Positions 19,647 to 29,173 of a stretch of 64,000 bases of DNA are shown one piece after another (the first letter of the stretch is position 1; every line of letters begins with the position of its first letter). The stretch covers positions 544,001 through 608,000 of the forward strand of contig CP181291.1 in NCBI GenBank assembly GCA_052279835.1. The letters run 5' to 3'. Source of the DNA: Microcoleus sp. (GTDB lineage: Bacteria > Cyanobacteriota > Cyanobacteriia > Cyanobacteriales > Microcoleaceae). The translations under genes were made by a program, and so were the position numbers. The notes under the pieces are model-generated. The model had not been told where the DNA came from. It saw only the letters and a list, made by a program, of their open reading frames with translations, and searched no databases.

Positions 19647-20042
19647 CTAATAACTAATGCGTGGCAATTGCAAATTAGCAACTTCCACACCACTTAATAA
19701 TGGCAAAAAATCAGCCACTTTTTCCGAACCAGCTTGTTGCAAAGCATTCAATAGTTGAGTGCTTTGTTGCAGCAAATCTGCCACAGCAATTCCCGCATAA
19801 CTAGGCTGATAATAACTGAGCCGATTTATCCCTTCTCCCAACAAAATCACAGCGCCGCGCCAGTTTTGATTTCCTAAGTGATAAAGTCCCACAGAAATTT
19901 GTAAAAGTCCTTGATAAAATCTTTTTTCCGGCTCGCCTGCTTCCATCCACAAGGCCTCTAAAGTATCGTGACAAGCATAAAATTGTTTACTATTAAACTC
20001 TTCGATGCCTTGCCAAAACTCCGTCGGCATTTCCTGTTCCAT
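19647..20042 (-). CDS. DUF309 domain protein
   Basis: FN...FYACHDTLEALW...FYQGLLQ motif. Confidence 0.9.
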   Translation of the reverse strand: MEQEMPTEFWQGIEEFNSKQFYACHDTLEALWMEAGEPEKRFYQGLLQISVGLYHLGNQNWRGAVILLGEGINRLSYYQPSYAGIAVADLLQQSTQLLNALQQAGSEKVADFLPLLSGVEVANLQLPRISY

Positions 20043-20266
20043 TGGGTTTTAAATTTAAGATTTGAAATTGTTGATTCCAGAAATTCATCAGACATCTTGA
20101 ATAATTATTGTGGGTTGTCCTCCCGCCATTGACTAGCTTTTTTGGGAGCAACCTATTGTAGTAGGCGGATTTGATTAAAAGTTTTGATAGCTAAGTCTTA
20201 AAAATATCTATACATAAAAACTTGTTTTCAAAACTGCGGCTAGTTAACGCCCGCCTACTTAACTGA

Positions 20267-20641
20267 TTACATAGTCTCTCTGACTGCTTGAAGCTGATCC
20301 ATTCCAATTTCCTGACTCGTTCCAGCAAAATCATTGTCTGGTGTCAAAAATAACATACAATGACATTCTTTGCGCTCGCGCATGGGAATGCAGGGACAAT
20401 TCCAGTAGGCTGCTTTTACCTCGGCCTCTTTGTCTTCGTAGTGCCGACAAGGGCATAGGGGAGCACCTAGTTCGTCTTTGTTTTTTGCTAGTCCTTCAAT
20501 TACGACTGCGGTGACAGAAAGCTCGGAACAAAAGTAAGTCCCGGTGCGCTTGGCGTAAGTTTCGGAGAAATTCTTCATAGCCTCCAAGGTTTTTTCGTTG
20601 GAGAGTTTGGATTTTTCTGTTGTGTTCTCTGTTGTATTCAT
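20267..20641 (-). CDS. ftrC: Ferredoxin-thioredoxin reductase catalytic subunit
   Basis: LCPCRH, WNCPC, ECHCMLF motifs. Confidence 0.95.
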   Translation of the reverse strand: MNTTENTTEKSKLSNEKTLEAMKNFSETYAKRTGTYFCSELSVTAVVIEGLAKNKDELGAPLCPCRHYEDKEAEVKAAYWNCPCIPMRERKECHCMLFLTPDNDFAGTSQEIGMDQLQAVRETM

Positions 20642-20855
20642 AGTTTAGGATCGGAGTTGAGGATGTCACGAGCTTTTCATGATTGTACCGCAGAAGGTGA
20701 TTTTAAACACTTGATATTTATGTAATTTAAAATCTACTTGACTGGGTAACGCAGACTTAGGGGGAAGTGGTGTCAGAGTTAAGGGCACCGACGGCTAGCT
20801 ATGTTTACGCACTGCTGCCTGGTGGTAAAGCATTTGAAATTGTGGGCGATCGCAT

Positions 20856-22298
20856 TTAGGGCTGTTTAGTAAATAAATAAATGTCATCCCGTTGATATTT
20901 CAGTTGAAATTTGGGATTGTTGGTGAGTTGATTTACTAAGTTTTGCACAAAATCTCGATCGCTCATCCAGCCTGGATAGCGCCAATTCAGCAACACATAG
21001 TCAAATTTTGTCAGATTTGCAGGCGGCGTGTGAGCCAAAGTTAATTTTACCACAGGACGGTGACTTAAGTGCGGAGCAATATTCGATGTCGTTAAAACAT
21101 TGCCTTTAGTTTGAACCAGAGAAATTGCCTCTTTCGTTGCCGGCAGAGTGTCAATGCCTTCTAAATAAATACTCCAAAAATAGCCGTATTTCGCCAAGCA
21201 CAAAAAACTTATTAATGACCAAATTACGATATTACGCTCCCAGGATAAACTAGAAATTCTAAGGCGATCGAATATTTTAGGTATTTTGAATTCCGGCTGA
21301 TTATAGTCAGACAAATTGGCAATCACTGCCACCAATAAAAACGGGAATATGGGAATAGAATATTGATGAATTAAATCTCTTTGAGCCGGAATATCCGAAA
21401 GAATGTTCATAGCTAACATCGGCGCTGCACTAATCAAAGGTGTCAGATGCCGTGGAGAAATCCACCAAATTACCGGAAATAGCAATAAGGCTAAATACCC
21501 AAAAGTCTCCCCAGAAAACAAACGTGTTAGAATTAGATGGGGCTTCAATATCAAATTAGCAGCTATTTCTAAAACAGACTTACCTAAATATTGATATCTG
21601 CCGATTCCTGCGTGTTCTTTGCCTTGATTAAAATAGGGTACAATTGCCTGAGTTGCTATCAAAAACCAACCCACACCTAGAAATAAAGCGATTAGTCCGC
21701 AATTCCGCTGTTTGTCAAAAAATAACAGCCAAAAACCCATGGCTGCCACAGTTAAAGATAACACGGCTTTGCAACTCAAAACTAAGACAATGGCTGCACA
21801 AAACCATACTATTTTGTTCAGCCGCGCCGCCAAGATTGCTGCTAAAAGCGCGGGGAAAGCAATTACTTCTGGATGAAAGTCAAAAAGATTGACATTAAAG
21901 ACTGCGGGATAAAGCAGATAGACTGCTGCCACTGCCATTGATTTTTTTTCATCTAAGCCTGCTTGACGTGCTAAACTCCAACTAGGCCAAGCACCCAAAG
22001 CTAAGGAAATTGCTTGTACGAATAACAGCCAGTGAACGTCTGGATATATTTTGTAAAGTAAAGCGAGGGGATAAAAAATAAATGCTGCGTGATCGCCTAA
22101 AATGTTAACTGCCATTAAAGAAGAAAATGGCGTTTGATTTTGAGAGATTAAATAAATGGCTTGGTCAAAAATGGCTAAGTCGTAAGCAGTGGAATGAAAC
22201 AAAGCGTGTCGCACGCTACTGCAAGCAAATAAGATTATCGTTGTGGCGACAATCATTAAACATACTGGATGGAGTTTTAGAGATTTTAAGGTTAGCAT
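20856..22298 (-). CDS. DUF2079 membrane protein
   Basis: STAYDLAIFDQ, GDH, NLFDFHPE motifs; multiple TM segments. Confidence 0.85.
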   Translation of the reverse strand: MLTLKSLKLHPVCLMIVATTIILFACSSVRHALFHSTAYDLAIFDQAIYLISQNQTPFSSLMAVNILGDHAAFIFYPLALLYKIYPDVHWLLFVQAISLALGAWPSWSLARQAGLDEKKSMAVAAVYLLYPAVFNVNLFDFHPEVIAFPALLAAILAARLNKIVWFCAAIVLVLSCKAVLSLTVAAMGFWLLFFDKQRNCGLIALFLGVGWFLIATQAIVPYFNQGKEHAGIGRYQYLGKSVLEIAANLILKPHLILTRLFSGETFGYLALLLFPVIWWISPRHLTPLISAAPMLAMNILSDIPAQRDLIHQYSIPIFPFLLVAVIANLSDYNQPEFKIPKIFDRLRISSLSWERNIVIWSLISFLCLAKYGYFWSIYLEGIDTLPATKEAISLVQTKGNVLTTSNIAPHLSHRPVVKLTLAHTPPANLTKFDYVLLNWRYPGWMSDRDFVQNLVNQLTNNPKFQLKYQRDDIYLFTKQP

Positions 22299-22307
22299 TT
22301 TATGGGT

Positions 22308-24044
22308 TTAATCAGCGATGCGTGTGAATAGCAAAACTTGGTTTTTTTCATAGGTTAATTGAAATTGGGGAGTTTTTTGCAGTTGAGTGGCTAAGTTATT
22401 GCCAATTTTTTCGGTATCAGGCCAGGGATGTCGTTGGTTTAATAATATGTATTTAAATTCAGCTAAATCTGTTTGGGGTGAAATTTGGGAAAGCAATTTG
22501 ACGATGGGGCGGTGGGCAAAGTGAGGGGCTAGTCTATTGTCTGTTAAGATACTACTTTGGGGTTGAATTTGGGCGATCGCTTCCCGTGTTGCTTGCCAAG
22601 TATCTAGTCTATTTAGATACAGAAAAAAGTCTTTGTACTCGCCGAGAAATAGGAAAATGATTAACGACCAAATTATCATGGCTTTTGGTAATTCCATTCC
22701 CCGCCAAAATTGAGGGAGTTGGGAAATTTTCAAGGGGAAAACAGAATTAATTTTTTGCCACAATTCAACATTTTTATCTCCTACTTTCCCCCATTGTGCG
22801 GGGTTGACGGGGGTTGACACAGAGTTAATTTGTTGCGATAATTCAACATTTTTATCTCCTACTTTCCCCCCTTGGGGGGGGTAGGGGGGGGTTGATTGTG
22901 CGGGGTAGGGGGGGGTTGATTGTGCGGGGTTGACGGGGGTTGACTGTGGGGAGTTGACTTGAGTTAAATTAGAGATAACGACTAATAATAAAAAGGGAAT
23001 TATAGGCACTGAATATTGATAGGCTAAACTGCGTTGAAATGGCAAGTCTGAGAGAATATTGATGGCGAGAGTTGGGAGGGCTGGAATGAGTGGAAGCAAA
23101 TATCGCATTCCTATTTTGCTGGAGAATGGCAACAATCCCCAAAATAGTGGTAAGCTGAGTAGGAATATATATTTAAAAGTATCAAATGAAAAGAATTTAC
23201 CTAAGATTAATTGTGGCTTTAGGATCAGGTTTATAATAATTTCTAGTACCGATTTTCCTAGATAACTGTAGCGCCCTACTCCGGCGACTTCACTACCACT
23301 AAAGAAGGGAATGATTTTTTGGGAAGCAATCACAAACCAGGCGATGCCGAACACAAGTGCGATCGCGCCGCATCGTTGTTTTTTTTCGCATAACAATAGC
23401 CATAAACCCATGGCCGCGACAGTTAGGGACAAAACTGCTTTGCAACTTAAGACTAATAAAATAGCGGCACTAAACCACATAATTTTGTTTAAACGGGCTG
23501 CCAAAATTGCTGCTAAAAGTGCGGGTAAGGCTATTACTTCTGGGTGAAAATCAAATAAGTTGATGTTAAATACTACGGGATATAGTAAGTAAATAAATGC
23601 GATCGCGCGAGATTGTTCTGGATTCAAACTTGCCAAGCGTGCTAAACTCCAGCTAGGCCAAGCCCCCAGGGATAAAGCTACTGCTTGTACTAAAAACAAC
23701 CAGTGGACATCGGGGTAAATTTTGTACAACCAAGCTAGGGGATAATATATTACCGCTGCGTGGTCGCCTAAAATGTGCATCTGCATCAAAGAGGAAAAAG
23801 GCGTTTGGTTTTGGCTGATTAAGTAAATCGCTTGGTCAAAAATGCCTAAATCGAAAGCAGTGGATTGAAACAAGGCGTGTCGCAAACTGCTACACAAAAA
23901 TAAAATTGTCGCTGTAGTGGCGATCGCAATTAGCAAACTCGACGGTAGCTGCGATCGACTTTCTTCTATATTTTCCGTGATGGAGACACCGCTGTCCTCA
24001 CTGGAATCATCAAAATTCGACTCATTCCGCATAAAATCTGCCAC
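22308..24044 (-). CDS. DUF2079 membrane protein, tandem paralog with repeat-derived insertion
   Basis: Same motifs as 20856-22298; extra low-complexity segment at ~22735-22960. Confidence 0.85.
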   Translation of the reverse strand: MADFMRNESNFDDSSEDSGVSITENIEESRSQLPSSLLIAIATTATILFLCSSLRHALFQSTAFDLGIFDQAIYLISQNQTPFSSLMQMHILGDHAAVIYYPLAWLYKIYPDVHWLFLVQAVALSLGAWPSWSLARLASLNPEQSRAIAFIYLLYPVVFNINLFDFHPEVIALPALLAAILAARLNKIMWFSAAILLVLSCKAVLSLTVAAMGLWLLLCEKKQRCGAIALVFGIAWFVIASQKIIPFFSGSEVAGVGRYSYLGKSVLEIIINLILKPQLILGKFFSFDTFKYIFLLSLPLFWGLLPFSSKIGMRYLLPLIPALPTLAINILSDLPFQRSLAYQYSVPIIPFLLLVVISNLTQVNSPQSTPVNPAQSTPPYPAQSTPPYPPQGGKVGDKNVELSQQINSVSTPVNPAQWGKVGDKNVELWQKINSVFPLKISQLPQFWRGMELPKAMIIWSLIIFLFLGEYKDFFLYLNRLDTWQATREAIAQIQPQSSILTDNRLAPHFAHRPIVKLLSQISPQTDLAEFKYILLNQRHPWPDTEKIGNNLATQLQKTPQFQLTYEKNQVLLFTRIAD

Positions 24045-24076
24045 TACCTGACTCCTGACAAATCCTCCAATTCATG

Positions 24077-24146
24077 AGACATCTCCCGAAAACTAAGGTG
24101 GGAACAGGCTGAATACCTGTTCCACAAAAATTATGGGAGAGGTCTA
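24077..24146. mobile_element. MITE family C copy
   Basis: AGACATCTCC...GGAGAGGTCTA ends with internal GAACAGG..CCTGTTC hairpin; clearer copy at 63090-63160. Confidence 0.65.
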
Positions 24147-24214
24147 TTAGTCGATCGCCAAATTTCATCCCCGCAATCGTAATATTAGAATGATCCACAA
24201 AACCTTAAAAAATT

Positions 24215-25405
24215 GTGAAAGCTATAACTCTTCTCGGCTCTACAGGCTCCATCGGCACTCAAACTCTAGATATTGTAGCTCAATACCCCGAACAATTTCG
24301 GATTGTCGGCTTAACCGCCGGACGAAATGTGACATTGCTGGCGCAACAAATCAGACAATTTCGGCCATCCATTGTCGCGATTGGGGACGAAGATAAATTA
24401 CAGGAATTACAAGAGGCGATCGCAGATATCGACCCTCAACCTATTTTACTGGCTGGGGAGACAGGCATTGTCGAAGTTGCCAAATATGGCGACGCTCAAG
24501 CCGTCGTCACCGGCATAGTGGGCTGTGCTGGTTTGTTGCCAACAATTGCCGCTATCCAAGCAGGTAAAGATATCGCCTTAGCCAATAAAGAAACATTAAT
24601 CGCAGGCGGTCCCGTTGTCAACCCCCTCATCGAAAAACACGGAGTTAAAATATTACCAGCCGACTCGGAACATTCCGCAATTTTTCAGTGTCTCCAAGGG
24701 GTAATTCCAGGTGGCTTGCGGCGCATTATTCTTACTGCTTCGGGAGGTTCTTTTCGAGATTTGCCCATTGAAAAGTTAGCGGAAGTGAAAGTGGCGGATG
24801 CTTTGAAACATCCGAATTGGTCCATGGGACAAAAAATTACCATTGATTCTGCAACTTTGATGAATAAAGGGTTAGAAGTAATTGAGGCTCACTATTTGTT
24901 TGGAATGGATTATAACGACATTGATATTGTCATTCATCCCCAGAGCATAATTCACTCCTTAATAGAACTGCAAGATACGTCGGTTTTAGCACAATTGGGA
25001 TGGCCAGATATGCGGTTGCCACTGCTTTATGCCTTGTCTTGGCCGGAGCGCATTTATACTGATTGGGAACCATTTAATTTGGTAAAAGCGGGGGATTTGA
25101 CTTTCCGAGAACCCGACCATAAAAAGTATCCTTGTATGCAGCTAGCCTATGCGGCGGGACGGGCTGGCGGTTCCATGCCTGCGGTATTGAATGCGGCGAA
25201 CGAACAGGCTGTTTCACTATTTTTGGATGAAAAGATTCAGTTCTTAGACATTCCGAAATTGATTGAAAAGACCTGCGACAAACATCAACAAGATAACTGT
25301 ACAAATCCTGGTCTAGATGATATTTTGGCTGCGGATAAGTGGGCGAGGCAGGAGGTTTTGGCTGAAAGTATGGAATTGGGCGATCGCATTCTTTCGGTTC
25401 GGTAA
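24215..25405 (+). CDS. dxr: 1-deoxy-D-xylulose-5-phosphate reductoisomerase
   Basis: [41 protein letters not shown]. Confidence 0.97.
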   Translation: MKAITLLGSTGSIGTQTLDIVAQYPEQFRIVGLTAGRNVTLLAQQIRQFRPSIVAIGDEDKLQELQEAIADIDPQPILLAGETGIVEVAKYGDAQAVVTGIVGCAGLLPTIAAIQAGKDIALANKETLIAGGPVVNPLIEKHGVKILPADSEHSAIFQCLQGVIPGGLRRIILTASGGSFRDLPIEKLAEVKVADALKHPNWSMGQKITIDSATLMNKGLEVIEAHYLFGMDYNDIDIVIHPQSIIHSLIELQDTSVLAQLGWPDMRLPLLYALSWPERIYTDWEPFNLVKAGDLTFREPDHKKYPCMQLAYAAGRAGGSMPAVLNAANEQAVSLFLDEKIQFLDIPKLIEKTCDKHQQDNCTNPGLDDILAADKWARQEVLAESMELGDRILSVR

Positions 25406-25585
25406 TTGTGTTACTAAACTTGCACGGGTTCTGAGGTCTGTGCCACAAAAAGTGCATAGTAGGATGGTGGAACAGGCCGGAGAGCCTGTTCTTAAAAATC
25501 TCCGATAGATAAGGGGTAGGCATTCTTAGCGCTACCCCTACAAATATATCTGAATCCTTTAGGATTACTATATATGTTTACTCTT

Positions 25586-26098
25586 CTATTTGCTAACTTT
25601 CCCCCGCAAATCAGTCGCAGTTATATTTTCATACATTTCAAAGGGTTGATGAATCCAAGGATTATCAGCTAAATAATCTACATAATAATCTGGTTTCGCA
25701 GCGGAACCAGCTTTGTACCAAAGCACCGCCGTCCGAATTTCCTGAATATCTGGGCTGTAGCGACTCTTCAGCCACAGGATACTTTGCTGCAAACTCACCC
25801 CCGAATCGACCAAATCGTCAACCAGCAGAACTTTTTTACCTAAATCATCGCCCACCATGGTCAAATCGCGGGCAAATTTAATCGAACTTCGGACTTTCCC
25901 CTCGGCTCCACCATAGGATGAGGCTGCTAAAATTGCCAGGGGTTTGTGGAAAATCCGCGACAAAATATCGCCAGCCCGCAGCCCACCACGGGCTAGACAC
26001 ACAATGCTATCGAAGTTCCACTGAGATTCATCAATTTTTACAGCCAAATCCTCAATTTTTCGATGGTAATCTGACCAAGAAATGTAAAGGTCGCTCAT
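25586..26098 (-). CDS. Type I phosphoribosyltransferase (purine PRT-like)
   Basis: ARGG, VLLVDDLVDSG, WIHQPFE. Confidence 0.9.
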   Translation of the reverse strand: MSDLYISWSDYHRKIEDLAVKIDESQWNFDSIVCLARGGLRAGDILSRIFHKPLAILAASSYGGAEGKVRSSIKFARDLTMVGDDLGKKVLLVDDLVDSGVSLQQSILWLKSRYSPDIQEIRTAVLWYKAGSAAKPDYYVDYLADNPWIHQPFEMYENITATDLRGKVSK

Positions 26099-26276
26099 GC
26101 CTAATATGATTGAAATGTTACAGATATTATTAAATATTTTGATGACAATGGCATGAAATTATCCAGGGAGCAAAGCCCCAGATTGATTGCTTCCCATGTT
26201 TTAGAATACTGAGGACTGGCCAAATCCCAAATTTCCAATCTTAAATTCAAAATCCCCAATCAGATGGGGGCTGATT

Positions 26277-26477
26277 TTAATCTACTACTTTCAGCCACCC
26301 ACGACGCACAGCGTGCAGCAAACGGTTGATGGCTGTCTGATCTTCTTCGGTGAGACACTCGTTTAGTAGTGCTGTCCTGATCTGTTGTCGGTGAGTCCGA
26401 GTTAATAAACCAGAGTGATATACCTGAAAGACTAGCTCTGCAATGGTAAATTGAGGTAAAAGTGTTTTGGTCATCAT
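26277..26477 (-). CDS. Small hypothetical protein (track start 26591 is probably too long)
   Basis: Compact helical ORF IAELVFQVYHSG..AINRLLHAVRRGWLKVVD. Confidence 0.65.
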   Translation of the reverse strand: MMTKTLLPQFTIAELVFQVYHSGLLTRTHRQQIRTALLNECLTEEDQTAINRLLHAVRRGWLKVVD

Positions 26478-27038
26478 TGGATTTTTATTGAACTCACTTT
26501 TGATAGTATTGACTTCTTTATTTAAGATTGATGTGATTTCTATACAGGAGTAAATGTGATCTATTGGCTGGGAATTAGTGATTTGTGTCATCGGTGATTC
26601 TCTCTGGGGCTTGTATCTAATCGAGCCCAGGAATCTGGTACTAACTCCGTCTCAATTCGTAGCTTTGGACTAGGACCTAATCGCTATTATATCTTAAAAT
26701 ATTTTAACACTTAAATTCATAATTCCTAATGTCTTGCTACTGATGACGGCCAAGGGGTGAAGTCTGACTGGTGACTAGGCCGATTTGAGGCTGGGATTTG
26801 GGAAAAGCAGCACCAAGCCTGGGATTCAATCTCACGCCGCAACTGACTGAAGGGACACAATCGACAATCTCACATCCCCAATCTGAAATTGTTGGACTGC
26901 TGACTACTGACTGAAGCCCAAGGGACTGAAGCCCCAGTGACTAATCAGTGACGAGCATCCGAAATCCAAAATCCGAAATCAATCTGATATATAATAATCA
27001 CAAACACTGTGAGTTCAGAAAAACAGAGGCGGGGAAAC

Positions 27039-27257
27039 ATGATAGTTATTGGTTATTTCTTGATTGCTTCAATGGTTTTTTTAGTTTGGTTTCAACGTTT
27101 TTGGAACGATACGGCTACGTCTAAAACAGACTGGATATCTTGGGTCGCTTTAGTGTTCGGTCCTCTTTTTTGGCCTGTAGTTCTGCCCCTCTCCTTTTTG
27201 CAAATAAGTATCAAAAGACCCCCAGTAGAAGCAGCTAAGTTAGAGGAAGAATCCTAA
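27039..27257 (+). CDS. Small two-TM hypothetical protein
   Basis: Hydrophobic segments, SW......LFWPVVLPLS; GGGG upstream of ATG 27039. Confidence 0.65.
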   Translation: MIVIGYFLIASMVFLVWFQRFWNDTATSKTDWISWVALVFGPLFWPVVLPLSFLQISIKRPPVEAAKLEEES

Positions 27258-27510
27258 TTAATTATTGAGGCAAGAGTTCGGAACACATGGTGTAATTGAA
27301 TACAAGGCTGCTTTCTGGTTATGAGTTCAATCTGGTGGTGGGCCCGGTGGCATTTGGCTCTCGTGGTGCGGGATTATTGCAAATTGTATCGCAGCTCACT
27401 ATTGTCGGGATGTCAACAGCAATATGGCTGATTTTCTCATCTGGATGGTCATGGTGCAGAGCCAATCTTAGATGGTCGCAAAAATTTGGATTTTTGGGGA
27501 ACTATCCGTG

Positions 27511-27701
27511 GAACTCAAAAGTCTGGTTAATGAGACTTACAACTGTGAAAGTTGCGGTCATGCGATGGACAGGGATTTGAATGCAGCAATTAATTTATCG
27601 CGGTTGGCTAAACCGTGAAAGCTTGCTGAGGGATAGCCGCTCCCATGCTCCCGATGAAGCAAGAAGCAAATGTCTAGACTTGTCTAGTATTTGTATAGCA
27701 G
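27511..27701 (+). pseudogene. tnpB: tnpB 3' remnant plus right-end region of an IS200/IS605- or IS607-type element
   Basis: Frame from 27532 reads ETYNCESCGHAMDRDLNAAINLSRLAKP* (Zn half-site and RuvC-III DRDxNAA), followed by a structured tail with GCTT..AAGC pairing potential. Confidence 0.8.
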
Positions 27702-27868
27702 TATACTAACAGAACCCAACTTGGTCAAAACCCGATTCCGGGCGATCGAACCAGTTGCGATCGACACTAAGTACCACTCCGGTGCGATTTCTCCCTATTG
27801 AGTTCGCGATCGGATTAAAAATGGTTGATGTGTATTTGCAGCATATTGTATTATCTTTGTGTTAGTTG

Positions 27869-27907
27869 GAAGCCCCAACTATAACGAAGCTTAGTTGGGG
27901 TACTTCA
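27869..27907 (+). mobile_element. Solo hairpin resembling an IS200/IS605 end
   Basis: GAAGCCCCAACTA-TAACGAAGCT-TAGTTGGGG-TACTTCA stem-loop. Confidence 0.5.
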
Positions 27908-28030
27908 GATGACAGCCTATAGCAGATGGGTAAATTAGAGTCTCAACCGATGCCCGGTTTAATTTATTGAATCCCTTTGGAGGGAAAAGTGTATTGTAGA
28001 AAAATGATTCATCTTTTAGGAGGAGTGTAA

Positions 28031-28888
28031 ATGACACAGCTAATTAATCCAACTACGCCAGCAATTTCAGTCACACTGCCGGGTGGTGGCTCCAATATTA
28101 GAGGTATCGCAGGCGACAACAGGTTGACTGGCACCGCACAATCCGACATTTTGCTGACTTTTGGAGGCAACGATGTCCTCGCCGGTGGAGATGGCAACGA
28201 CCTGATTTTATCCGGTGGTGGCAATGATGTCATCGGTGGCGGTCCTGGCAATGATATTGTAGCTGCTGGTACTGGCAACGACATTGTAGCTGGTGGCGAT
28301 GGCGACGACTTACTCTTTGGCGGTAAAGGAAATGACCTCCTTGATGGCGGTGCTGGCAATGACACCGTTTCTGGAGATCAAGGGAACGACACCGTACTTG
28401 GTGGTAGTGGCAACGATCTCGTGCTTGGCGGTGCTGGCAATGACATCGTGGTTGGCGGTGACGGCAACGATAGCGTCTACGGCGGTCGAGGCAACGATAC
28501 TGTTGATGGCGGTGCTGGCAATGACTTTATCTCTGGCGACAGAGGTTCGGATGTCCTCACAGGCGGTGCTGGCAGCGATACCTTCTACTTCTTCTCTGCT
28601 GGTGGAGATTTCGGTGTAGACACGATCACTGACTTTACACCTGTGGAAGATAAAATTCGCTTGAAGTCCGGCGGTGCTTTCGCTGCTTTGGGCACAACCT
28701 TTGAAGCTAGCGAGTTTGTTGTGGTTTCTGGTTTCACCCCAGCGACTCCAACTGCTGCTACGGCGAACAAGTTGGTCTACGATCCGACAAGCGGTGTGTT
28801 GTACTTCAACCAAGGCTCTTCTGTGCTGACTGTGGCTCAGTTGACACCTGGTCTGACGATTACTGCAAGCAACTTCGAGTTGTTCTAG
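28031..28888 (+). CDS. Hemolysin-type (RTX) calcium-binding protein
   Basis: Long run of GGxGND nonapeptides, DTITDF, C-terminal YD..SGVLYFN; AGGAG RBS; no signal peptide. Confidence 0.93.
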   Translation: MTQLINPTTPAISVTLPGGGSNIRGIAGDNRLTGTAQSDILLTFGGNDVLAGGDGNDLILSGGGNDVIGGGPGNDIVAAGTGNDIVAGGDGDDLLFGGKGNDLLDGGAGNDTVSGDQGNDTVLGGSGNDLVLGGAGNDIVVGGDGNDSVYGGRGNDTVDGGAGNDFISGDRGSDVLTGGAGSDTFYFFSAGGDFGVDTITDFTPVEDKIRLKSGGAFAALGTTFEASEFVVVSGFTPATPTAATANKLVYDPTSGVLYFNQGSSVLTVAQLTPGLTITASNFELF

Positions 28889-28963
28889 AACAACTGGTGA
28901 TTGTGGGGCGGCACTGGATTTTATCCGGGGCTGTTCTCGCAAGGTTGGTAGTTTTTCATGATT

Positions 28964-28998
28964 TCAACCTCACTCTGCCAGTGGCAGGGTGAGGTTGA
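28964..28998 (+). terminator. Long stem-loop after the RTX gene
   Basis: TCAACCTCACTCTGCCA/TGGCAGGGTGAGGTTGA. Confidence 0.6.
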
Positions 28999-29173
28999 TT
29001 AAGTGTAGAATTTTTTTTAAATTTTTTTTTTAACATTTGCTAACAATCAGTAAGATTTGGTAGATGTCTTTGTATTATGTATAGTCAGCAACCCAGCCCT
29101 AAAGGGATCGTAAAATATCAAAAAGTTTAAACATTAAAATTTAGGGTGAAGAAACTGCAACTGCTGGCGAGTA

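Noticed and set aside
27296..27580. 94-aa ORF
   Set aside because: No recognisable features; the tnpB similarity is in another frame.
28009..28942. Alternative-frame and antisense ORFs over the RTX gene
   Set aside because: Products of stop-poor repetitive glycine codons.
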